NCBI GenBank assembly: GCA_965247115.1
Contig: CBDFGR010000003.1
Coordinates: forward strand, 1,088,001 to 1,152,000
DNA from: Myxococcota bacterium
GTDB taxonomy: Bacteria; Myxococcota_A; UBA9160; SZUA-336
Direction of reading: 5' to 3'
DNA: 64,000 nucleotides
The notes under the pieces are model-generated. The model was not told where the DNA came from, ran no database searches, and saw only the letters and a program-made list of their open reading frames with translations. The position numbers and the translations under genes were made by a program. Shown here one piece after another: positions 47,030 through 57,693 of this stretch; the stretch's first letter is position 1; each line of letters begins with the position of its first letter.

Positions 47030-47851
47030 ATGAAGACAGACGTCCTCCTCATACCGATGGGGGAGACGTATGCGCAGATGCGATCGGCCGGTCTCATGGT
47101 CGAGCGGGCCGGATTCGACGGCATCTGGACCTGGGACCACCTTCGCGACCCCGAAGACGACGGCTCGAGCGTTCCCGAGTGCTGGACGACGCTGACGGCA
47201 CTCGCCGAGGTCGTCCCGCGGGTGACGCTCGGGCCTCTGGTCCTCAACGTTGCGAACCATGATCCCGGAGTTCTTGCCAACATGGCGGCGACACTCCAGC
47301 AGGTGAGCGGGGGAAGGCTGCTACTCGGAATCGGTGCGGGCGGGAGCCTGCGAACCCCCTACGCCCGCGAGCAGATCGGCATCGGTCGGGCAGTGCATCC
47401 AGACGGCCTGCGGCGACAGCACGTGATCGAGGCCGTGCAGGTGCTTCGGCGACTCTGGTCAGGAGACACCTCGGACTTCGACGGATCGCACTACCAGCTT
47501 CGACGTCCGTCCGGCTACCTGCGGCCCGACCCACCACCGCCGATCGTGGTCGGCGGCTTCGGCCCTCGAATGGCAGCAGTCGCCGGTCGGTACGGCGATG
47601 GGCTGAACACACAGGCCTTCCACCCGCAGCTTCCTTCGCTGATAGAAATAGCCCGGCGAGAGCGCGAGGAGACTGGCCGCGACCCCAACGACTTGCTGAT
47701 CACGGTCTTTGCAGGGATGGGCGCGCGCTGGCTGCAACGCGACAGTCCCGATCGCTCGACCTTGCTGCAGCTCGGTGTCAGTCGCCTGATCCTGCTGCTG
47801 GAGCCGCCCTTCGACGTGCCGAAGCTCGAGACGAGCAGACAGCGCTCCTGA
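47030..47851 (+). CDS. LLM-class flavin-dependent oxidoreductase
   Basis: GFDGIWTWDH, SGGRLLLGIGAG, PPIVVGG. Confidence 0.85.
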   Translation: MKTDVLLIPMGETYAQMRSAGLMVERAGFDGIWTWDHLRDPEDDGSSVPECWTTLTALAEVVPRVTLGPLVLNVANHDPGVLANMAATLQQVSGGRLLLGIGAGGSLRTPYAREQIGIGRAVHPDGLRRQHVIEAVQVLRRLWSGDTSDFDGSHYQLRRPSGYLRPDPPPPIVVGGFGPRMAAVAGRYGDGLNTQAFHPQLPSLIEIARREREETGRDPNDLLITVFAGMGARWLQRDSPDRSTLLQLGVSRLILLLEPPFDVPKLETSRQRS

Positions 47852-47930
47852 GCCGGCCTAGGCCGCATCGAAGGGGCAGCGACCGGTTATACTCCGCCCC
47901 GAGCCAGCAAGACACAGGGAGGATCCCAGG

Positions 47931-49229
47931 ATGGCAGGTCTCGACGTCACGCCCGAGATGTTCGATCTCAGAATGTCGGAGGGCGCGAGGCCGCTCTTCG
48001 AGAGGGTAAAGGACTTCATCGCGAAGGAGGTCGAGCCTGTAACGCACGAGTTCCACAGGCTCGGCGAGAATCGCACGGATCGTTGGTCGTGGGCTCCAGG
48101 CCAGCTCGAGCTGCTCGACACGGTCAAGGACAAGGCAAAGGCCAACGGACTGTGGAACTTCTTCCTGCCCGATGACGAGACTGGACAGGGGCTATCCAAC
48201 CTGGACTACGCCTACATTGCCGCCGAGCTCGGAAAGAACCCGATCGCATCCCAGTGCCTCAACTGCTCTGCACCCGATACGGGCAACATGGAAGTGCTCG
48301 AGCGAGTGGGGACCCCGGAGCAGAAGGCAAAATGGCTCACGCCCCTTCTGAACGGTGAAATCCGCTCGGCCTACGCGATGACAGAGCCAGACCTGGCATC
48401 GTCGGATGCCAAGAACATCGCCTGCCAGGCCGTGCTCGACGGGGACGAGTGGGTGATCAACGGCGAGAAGTACTACATCTCCGGCGTCGGGGACCCTCGC
48501 TGCAAGATCATGATCGTGATGGTCCAGACGAATGCGGAGGGTCCGCCGCATCAGCGCCAATCGCAGATTCTCGTGCCCACGGATGCAGCGGGCTTCGAGA
48601 TCCTGGGTGCGATGCATGTTTTCGGCAACGACGACGCGCCCCACGGGCATATGCACGTTCGGTTCGACAACTGCCGCGTGCCGAGAGAGAACATCCTGCT
48701 CGGGGAAGGCCGTGGCTTCGAGATCTCGCAGGTGCGCCTCGGTCCGGGGCGAATCCACCACTGCATGCGCTCGGTCGGCGCCGCCGAGCGAGCCATCGAA
48801 TTGATGGCCAAGCGGGGCCTCACGCGGAACGCCTTCGGGAAGCAGCTCGCGCAGCTGGGCAAGAATACCGAGGTCATCGCCAAGGCCCGCATCGAGATCG
48901 AAGCGATGCGGATGATGGTGCTGAAGGCCGCCAAGGCGATGGATTCACTCGGCAACTCTCAAGCGCGAGTATGGGTGAGCGCGGTGAAAGCGATGGTCCC
49001 TGAGCGGGTCTGCAAGATCATCGACGACGCCATTCAGATCCACGGTGCCACGGGGGTATCGCAATGGACGCCACTCGCGCAGATGTACGCTGGCCAGCGA
49101 ACCCTGCGGCTCGCCGACGGTCCGGACGAGGTGCACTGGTTCGTGGTCGGCCGCGCCGAGCTAGCGCACTGGACGGAGCACGGGGCCAGCAGCTACGACC
49201 CCAAAGCGGCGGCCATGGCACTGAGCTAA
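47931..49229 (+). CDS. Acyl-CoA dehydrogenase (ACAD10/11-like)
   Basis: NCSAPDTGNMEV, MTEP..ASSDA, RLGPGRIHHCMR, LRLADGPDEVH. Confidence 0.92.
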   Translation: MAGLDVTPEMFDLRMSEGARPLFERVKDFIAKEVEPVTHEFHRLGENRTDRWSWAPGQLELLDTVKDKAKANGLWNFFLPDDETGQGLSNLDYAYIAAELGKNPIASQCLNCSAPDTGNMEVLERVGTPEQKAKWLTPLLNGEIRSAYAMTEPDLASSDAKNIACQAVLDGDEWVINGEKYYISGVGDPRCKIMIVMVQTNAEGPPHQRQSQILVPTDAAGFEILGAMHVFGNDDAPHGHMHVRFDNCRVPRENILLGEGRGFEISQVRLGPGRIHHCMRSVGAAERAIELMAKRGLTRNAFGKQLAQLGKNTEVIAKARIEIEAMRMMVLKAAKAMDSLGNSQARVWVSAVKAMVPERVCKIIDDAIQIHGATGVSQWTPLAQMYAGQRTLRLADGPDEVHWFVVGRAELAHWTEHGASSYDPKAAAMALS

Positions 49230-49272
49230 GCGGCACGGCTCTCTCAGCTTCGAACCTAGCTCGTTGCGGGCG

Positions 49273-49713
49273 ATGATGGACCCAAAGAGTCTCAAGAAAT
49301 GGTTGATCATCATCGCCGTCTTGTACCTCGTCTTTCCCCGAGATCTGATCCCCGACTTCCTCGGGAGCGGACTCGGTTTGATCGACGATCTGGTGCTCAT
49401 CGCGCTCCTGATCTACTTCTATCGCACCCGTGTGCGGGATTCTTCCGCTCGCGCAGGCCAGGGCAGCACAGAACGGGATCAGCGCGAGCATTCAAGCGGT
49501 GGGGAGGCGGAGGCGTCCGACAGCTCGCCTGATCCCTATCAGATCCTGAGCATCGACTCCTCGGCATCCGGAGAAGAGATTCAAGCCGCCTACAGAGCCC
49601 GCATGCATGAGTACCATCCAGACAAGGTGGCTCATCTGGGTGAGGAGCTGCAAAAAGTCGCTCATCGAAAGACGGTGGAGATCCAACAGGCGTACGAGCG
49701 GCTCCGCAAGTAA
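49273..49713 (+). CDS. DUF1232 membrane domain + C-terminal DnaJ domain protein
   Basis: YLVFPRDLIPDFL...GLIDD; DPYQIL...YHPDK. Confidence 0.85.
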   Translation: MMDPKSLKKWLIIIAVLYLVFPRDLIPDFLGSGLGLIDDLVLIALLIYFYRTRVRDSSARAGQGSTERDQREHSSGGEAEASDSSPDPYQILSIDSSASGEEIQAAYRARMHEYHPDKVAHLGEELQKVAHRKTVEIQQAYERLRK

Positions 49714-49794
49714 GCAAATCATCTGAGGGCGAGAGACACTCATGAAATCGTCAGTGGTCCTACAGCAGCTGCGCAGGGCGGCAGATCGCTAGCC

Positions 49795-51363
49795 ATGGTC
49801 TGGGAGCCCGAGATCGATGAGCTGGAGGAGCGGCGGAAGCTCGCGGCCCGAGGCGGGACGCCCGATCGAATCGAGCGGCAGCACAAGCAGGGCCGCCTGG
49901 TGGTACGGGAACGCTTCGAGCGCTTGACGGATCCCGGTTCCTTTCACGAGATCGGCCAGCTGGCCGGCTCCGGGACCTACGAGAAGGGGTCGCTCGTCGA
50001 CTTCACACCCGCCTCCTACGTGATGGGTCTGGGAAAGCTCGACGGGCGCTCGGTTGCGATCGGCGGGGAGGACTTCACGATCGAGGGCGGCTCGTCGGTG
50101 GCCAGGATGGCCCGCATGAAGGGCAACAGTCAGGGTGGCTTTGTCGAGGAGATGGCCCTGGAGTACAAGATCCCGCTCGTCCTCTTGATCGATGGGGCCG
50201 GAGCCAACATCAAGGCCGTTTCCAAGATGGGGCACACCTACCTGCCCTCGTCCGCGACGTTCGCGCGCAGCGTCGAGGTAATGCAGTCTGTGCCGGTGGT
50301 CGCGGCGGTTCTCGGCTCCGTCGCGGGTGGCCCGGCCGGCCGCGCGATGCTCACCCACTGGAATGTGATGACGAAGAGCACCTCGGAGCTGTTCGCGGCG
50401 GGACCGCCCGTCGTGGCGCGGGCACTCGGCGCCGAGCTGTCGAAACAGGAGCTCGGCGGCGCCGACGTACACGTTCACGTGTCAGGCGCGATCGACAACG
50501 AGGCCGAGGACGAGGAAGACGCCTTCAGGCAGATCCGGCAGTTCCTGTCGTACATGCCGACGAACGTCTGGGAGGCGCCACCCGTTCTGGGCTCGTCCGA
50601 CCCGCCCGATCGGGCCGAAGAAGACCTGATCTCGATCGTCCCCCGCCACCGCGCGCGCATCTACGACATGAGGCAGCTGCTGCGCTGGGTGGTCGACAAC
50701 GGCGAGCTCTTCGAGATCAAGCCGCACTTCGGCGCCTGCGTGATCACTGCGTTGGCCCGTGTCGCTGGGAAGCCCATCGGGATCATCGCCAACAACCCCA
50801 TGCAGAACGGCGGAGCGCTGGACGCCAGCGGCGCGGACAAGCAAGGACACTTCATCGAGCTCTGCGACTACTTCCGCATCCCGCTGGTCTACTTCGCCGA
50901 CATCCCGGGTTTCATGGTGGGGCTCCGTGCGGAGCAGCACGCAACGCTCCGGAGCGGCATGCGAGCGGTCTGGGTCGGCTCCCAGGCGAGCGTACCCTCG
51001 ATGACCGTCGTCGTCCGGAAGTGCTACGGGATGGGCGGGATGGCCACCGGGAACGCGGCCCGACTCAATTACCGGATCGCCTGGCCCAGCGGAGAGTGGG
51101 GCTCGATCCCGATAGAGGGCGGCGTGGACGCCGCGTACCGTCGTGAGATCGCGAACGCGGAGGACCCGGACCAGCGGCGCCAGGAGATCGAGGCCGAGCT
51201 CCGCTCGATGCGCTCCGTGTTCCGCACGGCGGAGAGCTTCGGTGTCGAGGAGATCATCGACCCGCGGCGTACGCGCGGCTACCTGGCGCGCTTCGCCGAC
51301 CTGGCGTACGGGGCGATCCAGCACGAACTGGGCCCCAAGTCCCTCACGGGCGTCCGTCCGTAG
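49795..51363 (+). CDS. Acyl-CoA carboxylase carboxyltransferase subunit
   Basis: QHKQGRL..RER, DFTIEGGS, ELGGA..H, DIPGFMVG, IIDPRRTR. Confidence 0.9.
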   Translation: MVWEPEIDELEERRKLAARGGTPDRIERQHKQGRLVVRERFERLTDPGSFHEIGQLAGSGTYEKGSLVDFTPASYVMGLGKLDGRSVAIGGEDFTIEGGSSVARMARMKGNSQGGFVEEMALEYKIPLVLLIDGAGANIKAVSKMGHTYLPSSATFARSVEVMQSVPVVAAVLGSVAGGPAGRAMLTHWNVMTKSTSELFAAGPPVVARALGAELSKQELGGADVHVHVSGAIDNEAEDEEDAFRQIRQFLSYMPTNVWEAPPVLGSSDPPDRAEEDLISIVPRHRARIYDMRQLLRWVVDNGELFEIKPHFGACVITALARVAGKPIGIIANNPMQNGGALDASGADKQGHFIELCDYFRIPLVYFADIPGFMVGLRAEQHATLRSGMRAVWVGSQASVPSMTVVVRKCYGMGGMATGNAARLNYRIAWPSGEWGSIPIEGGVDAAYRREIANAEDPDQRRQEIEAELRSMRSVFRTAESFGVEEIIDPRRTRGYLARFADLAYGAIQHELGPKSLTGVRP

Positions 51364-51414
51364 CGGCGCGCAGGTTCGACAGTCGTGTAGAATTAGGGCT
51401 GAAGGAGGTCACAC

Positions 51415-52272
51415 ATGCCCAACTTGAGCTGGACCGTCGGCGACGCGCGCATCACCCGCGTCGTCGAGATCGAGGCCGTGCTTCCCATGGAGGAGTTCCT
51501 CCCGCAGGCGACGCCTGCAGCACTAAAGCCCCACGTCGAGTGGCTCCGCCCCCACTTCCTCGACGAGGCAGGCAACCTCACCCTGTCGGTTCACGCCCTT
51601 CTCGTCGAGTCGTGCGGTCAGCGCATCATCGTCGACACGTGCGTGGGCGAAAAGCCGGTCCCTGGCTTCGAAATGCTGACCCCGGAGGTGTTCGATTTTC
51701 CCGACAGGCTGGCGGACGCGGGCTTTGCGCGCGAGAACGTCGACACCGTTCTCTGTACGCACCTGCACTTCGATCACGTGGGCTGGAACACGATGCGAGT
51801 GGACGATCGTTGGGCGCCGACCTTTCCGAATGCCCGCTACTTGTTCGGCCGAACCGAGTGGGACCACTGGCGGAACGAGGAGGACAGCCCCTTCACTTCC
51901 ACCCTCACCGACACGGTGGGCTGCATTATCGATGCCGGGCTCGCGGATCTGGTCGAGACAGACCACAAGCTGACGGATGAGGTGTGGCTGGAAGCCACGC
52001 CGGGCCACACGCCTGGTCACGTCTCGGTGCACATCGAGTCCGCAGGACAGCGCGCCATGATCACGGGAGACATGACCCACCACCCCGTGCAGTGGGCGGA
52101 GCCCGACTGGGGCATCTCTGCGGACGTGGATCCCGAGCGCGCAGCCGAGACACGCAGGCGCCTGATCCGGGAGCACGCCGACAGCTCGGTCCTACTGATC
52201 GGAACCCACTACGCGACCCCCACGGCAGGCTATCTCAAGCTGCATGAAGGGGGCTGCCGTTTCACGGTGTAG
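51415..52272 (+). CDS. MBL-fold metallo-hydrolase
   Basis: THLHFDHVG, PGHTPGH, GD, TH. Confidence 0.9.
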   Translation: MPNLSWTVGDARITRVVEIEAVLPMEEFLPQATPAALKPHVEWLRPHFLDEAGNLTLSVHALLVESCGQRIIVDTCVGEKPVPGFEMLTPEVFDFPDRLADAGFARENVDTVLCTHLHFDHVGWNTMRVDDRWAPTFPNARYLFGRTEWDHWRNEEDSPFTSTLTDTVGCIIDAGLADLVETDHKLTDEVWLEATPGHTPGHVSVHIESAGQRAMITGDMTHHPVQWAEPDWGISADVDPERAAETRRRLIREHADSSVLLIGTHYATPTAGYLKLHEGGCRFTV

Positions 52273-52286
52273 CCGACCGGAGCTCC

Positions 52287-53555
52287 TCAGTCGAAGATTC
52301 GCTCGCCCGTTGACAAGGTCAGCCAGACCACGAGGCCCAACAGGTAGAGGCCCGCGGCGATGCCGAACACAAGGGCCCACGACCCGGTTGCATCGAGAAT
52401 GAAGCCAGTGAGCGTAACGCCGACGATCCCGGGAAGCGTGCCTGCCGTATTGGAAAGGCCGAGCAGCACGCCGGCGTAGCGGGGTCCGATGTCCAGGTGG
52501 TTTACGCCAAAGCCACCCAGCGCAAACGCCCCGAGCCCGGTCGCCGCGCAGATGCAGGCGATCGCGCCGACGGCAGAGCTCACAGCGCCCACCGCGAGAA
52601 GGGAGGCGGCGGCGCCGCCGAACCCGACCGTCTGCATCAGCTTCCGGGTGGTCGTCACCGAGAGCCCGCGCCGGATCAGGCTGTCGGCGACTATGCCCGC
52701 GACATTGATCATCGCGAACGAGACGAGGTGGGGCAGTATGGAGTAGAGCCCGACCTGCGCCAGGTCGATGCCCAGCTCCTGATTGACGAACACAGGGAGC
52801 CACGTGAGCAGCACGTAGAAGCCCCAGTTGTTGCAGAAATGGCAAATGATGATCGCCCAGACCGGCGCGCGGGAGAGGAGCTTGCCCCAGGGTGGGTTCT
52901 CGGGTCGAACTGCCGCGTCGGGAGTGCCGGCGCTGCGTCCGATCAGCTCGAGCTCTTCGGGCCGTATCGTGGGGTGGTCCTCGGGAAGGGCGGTCACCCG
53001 CAGCTGCCAGATCGCGAACCAGATCACACCGAGCGCGCCAAACGCGTAGAACGCCATCGGCCAGCCCCAGTACACCACGATGTAGGGCGTCAGGAGCAGC
53101 GCCCCGACCGTGCCGAGCGGAATACCGCTCGTGATCAGCCCAATCGCGCGAGTGCGCTCACCGCTCGGGATCCAGCGCGCGAACAGGCTGTAGATTGCCG
53201 GGAAGGTGACGCCCTCGCCGAGTCCCATCCCCACGCGGGCCAGGAAGAGGCCAAGGAACGACGCGACGGCGGCGGGCGGGGTCACAATCGTGAAGAAAGA
53301 CCACAGGAGAACTCCCGTCGCGAGCACGACCTTGCCGCCGTAGCGGTCCGCCAGCCAGCCGCCAAGGATCTGTGTCGCGAGGTAGCCGTAGAAAAACGAT
53401 GAAAGAACTACACCCTGGGTTGTGCGATCCCACCCGAACTCCTCCGCCATCGGGATGATCGCGACCGAGATGTTGACCCGATCGAGGTAGCAGATGAGCG
53501 CGGCGAGAAAGCAGAGACCTACAACCGTGTAGCGCCGGGGCCAGTAGCGGACCAC
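52287..53555 (-). CDS. ACS-family (SLC17-like) MFS transporter
   Basis: YLDRVNISVA, SSFFYGY, GLGEGVTFPA, NHLDIGPRYAG; GTG start with GGGAG RBS. Confidence 0.88.
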   Translation of the reverse strand: MVRYWPRRYTVVGLCFLAALICYLDRVNISVAIIPMAEEFGWDRTTQGVVLSSFFYGYLATQILGGWLADRYGGKVVLATGVLLWSFFTIVTPPAAVASFLGLFLARVGMGLGEGVTFPAIYSLFARWIPSGERTRAIGLITSGIPLGTVGALLLTPYIVVYWGWPMAFYAFGALGVIWFAIWQLRVTALPEDHPTIRPEELELIGRSAGTPDAAVRPENPPWGKLLSRAPVWAIIICHFCNNWGFYVLLTWLPVFVNQELGIDLAQVGLYSILPHLVSFAMINVAGIVADSLIRRGLSVTTTRKLMQTVGFGGAAASLLAVGAVSSAVGAIACICAATGLGAFALGGFGVNHLDIGPRYAGVLLGLSNTAGTLPGIVGVTLTGFILDATGSWALVFGIAAGLYLLGLVVWLTLSTGERIFD

Positions 53556-53652
53556 TGATCTACTCCCATGGGAAGAGTTTGGCACCTGGAGTGTATCTTC
53601 GATATCTACACGCGGTCTCCTTGGACTGACTCCCGTGACGGAGGCTCGGTCG

Positions 53653-54405
53653 ATGAGCACAGGCCAGCGCTACGACCGCATCGGTCACGGCTACGCTAGG
53701 CACCGGCGCGAGGACCCTCGCATCGCTGCGCGCATCCGTGCTGCTCTCGGCGGCGCAGAGTCCGTCGTCAATGTGGGCTCGGGGGCGGGCTCCTACGAGC
53801 CTACGACGCCTCTTGTCCTTGCCGTGGAGCCCAGCCAGGTCATGGTCTCCCAACGCGCTGCGAGCCGGACGCCGACGATCCGCGCCCTCGCTCAGGCCCT
53901 GCCCTTGCGCGATGACTCGGTCGACGCGGCGATGAGCGTGCTGTCGCTGCACCACTGGGCCCCCCATGCCGAGGCGGGTGTGCGCGAGATGCGCCGGGTG
54001 GCCAGGGAGCGCGTCGTGATCGTTACCATCGACGCGGAGGTCAGCGGAGAGATGTGGTTGATGGCGGAGTATCTGCACGAGGTCGCCGAGCTGGATCGGC
54101 GCATCTTCCCGCCAGTCGATGTGATCCGTGGCTGGCTCGGCGGTCATGCCGAGGTTGTTGTGGTGCCCGTACCCGCCGACACATGCGATTGGACGCTGAT
54201 GTCGTTCTGGGCGCACCCCGAGCGTGTGCTGGATGCCAGCGCTCGCGCCGCGACTTCGGGCTTTGCCCGAATGACGCCTCAGGTCGTTCAGCGCGTGGTT
54301 CGCGCGGTCACCGAGGATCTCCGGTCGGGCACCTGGGATGATCGCCACGGTGAGCTCAGACGGACAAAGGAGTTGGACGTCGGCTTGCGCCTTGTGGTCG
54401 GCTGA
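53653..54405 (+). CDS. Class I SAM-dependent methyltransferase
   Basis: YDRIGHGY, NVGSGAGSY, LSLHHW. Confidence 0.85.
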   Translation: MSTGQRYDRIGHGYARHRREDPRIAARIRAALGGAESVVNVGSGAGSYEPTTPLVLAVEPSQVMVSQRAASRTPTIRALAQALPLRDDSVDAAMSVLSLHHWAPHAEAGVREMRRVARERVVIVTIDAEVSGEMWLMAEYLHEVAELDRRIFPPVDVIRGWLGGHAEVVVVPVPADTCDWTLMSFWAHPERVLDASARAATSGFARMTPQVVQRVVRAVTEDLRSGTWDDRHGELRRTKELDVGLRLVVG

Positions 54406-54428
54406 GGCGGACGAGAGCTGGCGTCAGC

Positions 54429-55148
54429 TCACGGCGTGTGCTTCTGCAGGAACTCCACGACTGTGCGTCGCGTATCGTCCACCGCGTCCGGCTCTTTCCA
54501 ACGCTCCACGAGAGTCGCGTTCGGAGCGAGAGCAGCGACCTCGCGGGAGGTCACCTCGGGGTGGTACAGGTCGTTGCCGAGAAGGACCAGCATTGGGGTG
54601 GTGCAGGCCTTGACCCACTCCCGTGATACGTTGAAGACGAAGTCGCCGTCGTACATGTTGGAGCGGAACGATGCCCAGATCTCGTCAGTAACCTCGGGGC
54701 GAGTTTTGCGCAGGGCGTCGGCCCAGCCGTCGAACATCTCGTAGAAGGCCTTGCGGTTGTCGTGGCAGCCGATCGTCTGCTGGAGTACGGCGGCAGCGAC
54801 GCGGCCCGGCGCGGCCTCCACGACGCCAAGGCAGTACGGACCGCCGATGCACCCGCCCAGCACGTGGCAGCGCTCGGCGCCAAGGTGATCTAGCAGTGCG
54901 AGGTGGTCGGCGGTGTAGGTGTGCCAGCCGTCCTCGCCCGAGATCGGGGCGGTGGACCGGCCGGCGTTGCGCTGGTCCATGGCAATGACTCGGAAGTGGG
55001 GAGACAGGGTCTCGATGGGGTTCCAGGGGCCGCTCTCCCAGAAGGGGATTGCGGATTGCATGCCGCCCGGAGCGAAGAGCAGAACGGGAAACCCCTCGCC
55101 GAACTCCTCGTAGTAAAGCCGGGTGTCGTCGCGCTCGAAGGTCGGCAT
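54429..55148 (-). CDS. Alpha/beta hydrolase with Cys nucleophile
   Basis: MDQRNAGRS, GGCIGG, DLYHP; AGGAGG RBS. Confidence 0.85.
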   Translation of the reverse strand: MPTFERDDTRLYYEEFGEGFPVLLFAPGGMQSAIPFWESGPWNPIETLSPHFRVIAMDQRNAGRSTAPISGEDGWHTYTADHLALLDHLGAERCHVLGGCIGGPYCLGVVEAAPGRVAAAVLQQTIGCHDNRKAFYEMFDGWADALRKTRPEVTDEIWASFRSNMYDGDFVFNVSREWVKACTTPMLVLLGNDLYHPEVTSREVAALAPNATLVERWKEPDAVDDTRRTVVEFLQKHTP

Positions 55149-55253
55149 GGAGACTTCCTCCTGATTGGGCGTCGTGCCCGTACCCCCGAGCATAGCGCGT
55201 CTGACTGGCCGAGTTCCTCCCTCGCGGGCCCTCGAATGGCCTATCCTCACAGC

Positions 55254-56093
55254 ATGCCGATCATCGACGCGCAGGTACACGCCTACGAGAAGGACCACAC
55301 CGAACGCCCGTGGGCCGCCGTATTGCAGGGTCCACCCGAGGTAACCGGCGACGACATGGTGGTCGCGATGGATAAGGTAGGCGTCGACGGGGCGCTCCTG
55401 GTCTCGCCCTGGACCATGTACCGCTTCGATGCCAGCTACGCGCTCGAGGTGTACGAGGCGCACGCGGGGCGCTTCGGGCTGATCAAGCCCGTCAATCCCA
55501 ACGAGGACGACGTGGCCGATACGATCGCGGAGTGGGCCGAGACGCGGGGCGCGGTCGGCGTGCGGATCATGATGCTGGGCAACGTTTCGACCGATCCGGA
55601 CGATACAGGCCTGAATCGGGTTCTGACCGCTGGCACGCAGCATGGCCTACCGGTGAACATCCTGTGCTGGGGCAAGCTCCCGCTGCTGGGTGAGCTCGCG
55701 CGGCGTCACCCCGACACCCAGCTCGTCGTCGATCATCTCGGGCTCCCGCAGCCCTTCGAGCCGCCCGCACCCCCGGAGCCGTTCGCCGATCTGCCCCAGC
55801 TCATCGATCTGGCCCGGTACGACAACGTTGCGGTGAAGGTGACCGGCGCGTGCACGCTTTCGCACCGGCCGTTTCCCTTCGACGATCTGTGGGAACCCCT
55901 GGGCCGGCTGTTCGACGCGTTCGGTTTCGAACGCTGCATGTGGGGCACCGACTGGACCCGAGCCGTCGAGCTGTTGACGTACGAGCAGGGCGTCGAGGCC
56001 TTCCGGACCACCGACCAGCTATCCGACGAGGACCGCTCGGCCCTGATGGGCGGCACACTCCAGCGTATCTACAACTGGTCGCCGACGACCTAG
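55254..56093 (+). CDS. Amidohydrolase_2 family protein
   Basis: IDAQVH, VVDHLG, MWGTDW. Confidence 0.88.
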   Translation: MPIIDAQVHAYEKDHTERPWAAVLQGPPEVTGDDMVVAMDKVGVDGALLVSPWTMYRFDASYALEVYEAHAGRFGLIKPVNPNEDDVADTIAEWAETRGAVGVRIMMLGNVSTDPDDTGLNRVLTAGTQHGLPVNILCWGKLPLLGELARRHPDTQLVVDHLGLPQPFEPPAPPEPFADLPQLIDLARYDNVAVKVTGACTLSHRPFPFDDLWEPLGRLFDAFGFERCMWGTDWTRAVELLTYEQGVEAFRTTDQLSDEDRSALMGGTLQRIYNWSPTT

Positions 56094-56213
56094 TATCGGA
56101 CCACCTTGGCGGCTCCCGAACGGTCGACGGCGGGGGCCGTCGGCCTATACAATGTCACCGTGATCGTACCCCTCGGGCTAATCGAGAGCGCTGCGGCGGG
56201 CTGGGGCTGACGC

Positions 56214-57194
56214 ATGCGCATCGCCGCCTGCACTCGCCGGATACCCCGGATCTACAAGATCCTCAAGCAACAGCTTCCTGACGACGAGGTCCTTGACTGC
56301 GATCGCTCGGAGGTCGTCGAGCTCGCGCCCACGGTAGATGTCTTCATTCCGACGAACGTGCCGATCCCGGCCGCCGCCTTCGCCAACGACCGAGTCAAAC
56401 TCGTTCAGCAATTCGGTGTGGGATTGGACATCGTCGATATTCCCGCGGCGACGCGAGCCGGGGTGCTCGTCGCAAACGTCTCTAGCGTCGGGACCGGCAA
56501 TGCAGAGTCCGTTGCAGAGCTCGCGATTGCTCACATGATGATGCTGTCGCGGCGAATCCCTGACGCCATTGAGCGCTTCCGAAAGGGAGACTTCGCCGCA
56601 ACTCTGGGGCAGTGTCTTTGGGGCGGGACGGTTGCCATCCTGGGTTACGGTGGGATCGGCGAGGAGATCGCCCGTCGCCTGGCGGGTTTCGGAATGAAGA
56701 TCATCGCGGTTTCGCGCCACGGCCCGAGCGGGCCCCGGGAGCGCGATTCGTCGGTCCGCCCCGACGAGCACGTCGGAGCCGAGAAGATGGGCGACGCGGT
56801 GGCCGACGCGGACTTCGTCGTGGTCGCGGCACCGGCCACGCCAGAGAATATCGGGTTGATCGGCGAGTCCGTCTTCGCGCGCATGAAGCCGAGCGCATTG
56901 GTCGTCAACATCGCGCGGGGGCCGGTGATCGACTACCAGGCGCTCCTGCGGGCCCTGCGCGAGGGCCGCGTGGCGGGCGCCGGCCTCGACGTATTCTGGA
57001 ACGAGCCCTTCAGCCCCGACGATCCGCTGCTGAGCGAGAACGTGATTCCCACACCTCACATAGGCGGTGGAACCGAGCGCAGTCTGTGGGGAATTGGGCG
57101 GGTTGCTGTGGAGAATATCCATCGCGTGAGGCGCGGCGAACTCCCGCGCAACTGCGTGAATCCAGAGGTCGGAGTCGACCGCCTCAGGGGCTGA
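56214..57194 (+). CDS. D-2-hydroxyacid dehydrogenase
   Basis: GYGGIG, NIARG, AGLDVF..EP, TPHIGG. Confidence 0.9.
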   Translation: MRIAACTRRIPRIYKILKQQLPDDEVLDCDRSEVVELAPTVDVFIPTNVPIPAAAFANDRVKLVQQFGVGLDIVDIPAATRAGVLVANVSSVGTGNAESVAELAIAHMMMLSRRIPDAIERFRKGDFAATLGQCLWGGTVAILGYGGIGEEIARRLAGFGMKIIAVSRHGPSGPRERDSSVRPDEHVGAEKMGDAVADADFVVVAAPATPENIGLIGESVFARMKPSALVVNIARGPVIDYQALLRALREGRVAGAGLDVFWNEPFSPDDPLLSENVIPTPHIGGGTERSLWGIGRVAVENIHRVRRGELPRNCVNPEVGVDRLRG

Positions 57195-57220
57195 GCGAGT
57201 TCGGCCGACCGAGTGGTCTG

Positions 57221-57607
57221 TCAGCCTCCCGCCCGGACCGCCCGATGTCCGCGCTCGACGAGGAACACCATGACCTTGTCACAGTGGTCGCCCTGGATCT
57301 CGATCACGCCTGCCTTGACCGCGCCGCCGCTTCCACAGTGGCGCTTGAGCTCGGAGGCGAGGTCGCGCAGCTTGGACGCCGGGAGCGGAACTCCCGAGAT
57401 CGTCGTCACGGTCTTGCCTCTGCGACCCTTTAGCTCACGTCGGACCCGCACTTTGCCGTCTGTCGCCGCGGTTTCGGGCGTGGCCTTGTGGCGACAGCGA
57501 CACTGCGCATGGGGCTGGCCGCAGTTCCGGCAGAGCCGTCCGCCCTCCGTCGAGTAGACCAGGGTCGAGCCGTCAGGTTGCCTGGGATCGCGTGTTCGAG
57601 AGCTCAT
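57221..57607 (-). CDS. yciH: SUI1/YciH translation initiation factor
   Basis: LVYST, GRRGKTVT, LKRHCGSGG.VK.G.IEIQGDH, AGG end. Confidence 0.9.
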   Translation of the reverse strand: MSSRTRDPRQPDGSTLVYSTEGGRLCRNCGQPHAQCRCRHKATPETAATDGKVRVRRELKGRRGKTVTTISGVPLPASKLRDLASELKRHCGSGGAVKAGVIEIQGDHCDKVMVFLVERGHRAVRAGG

Positions 57608-57693
57608 CCGCTTGTGAAGTGCGTGGGGGACCGGAGGTAACTGCCGACGTCGATTTCCGCCAGGCCGCAGGGGGGCACCCTGGGTGAATCCGT

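Noticed and set aside
53580..53596. Sigma-54-like TGGCAC site
   Set aside because: The -12 position reads GT instead of the required GC.
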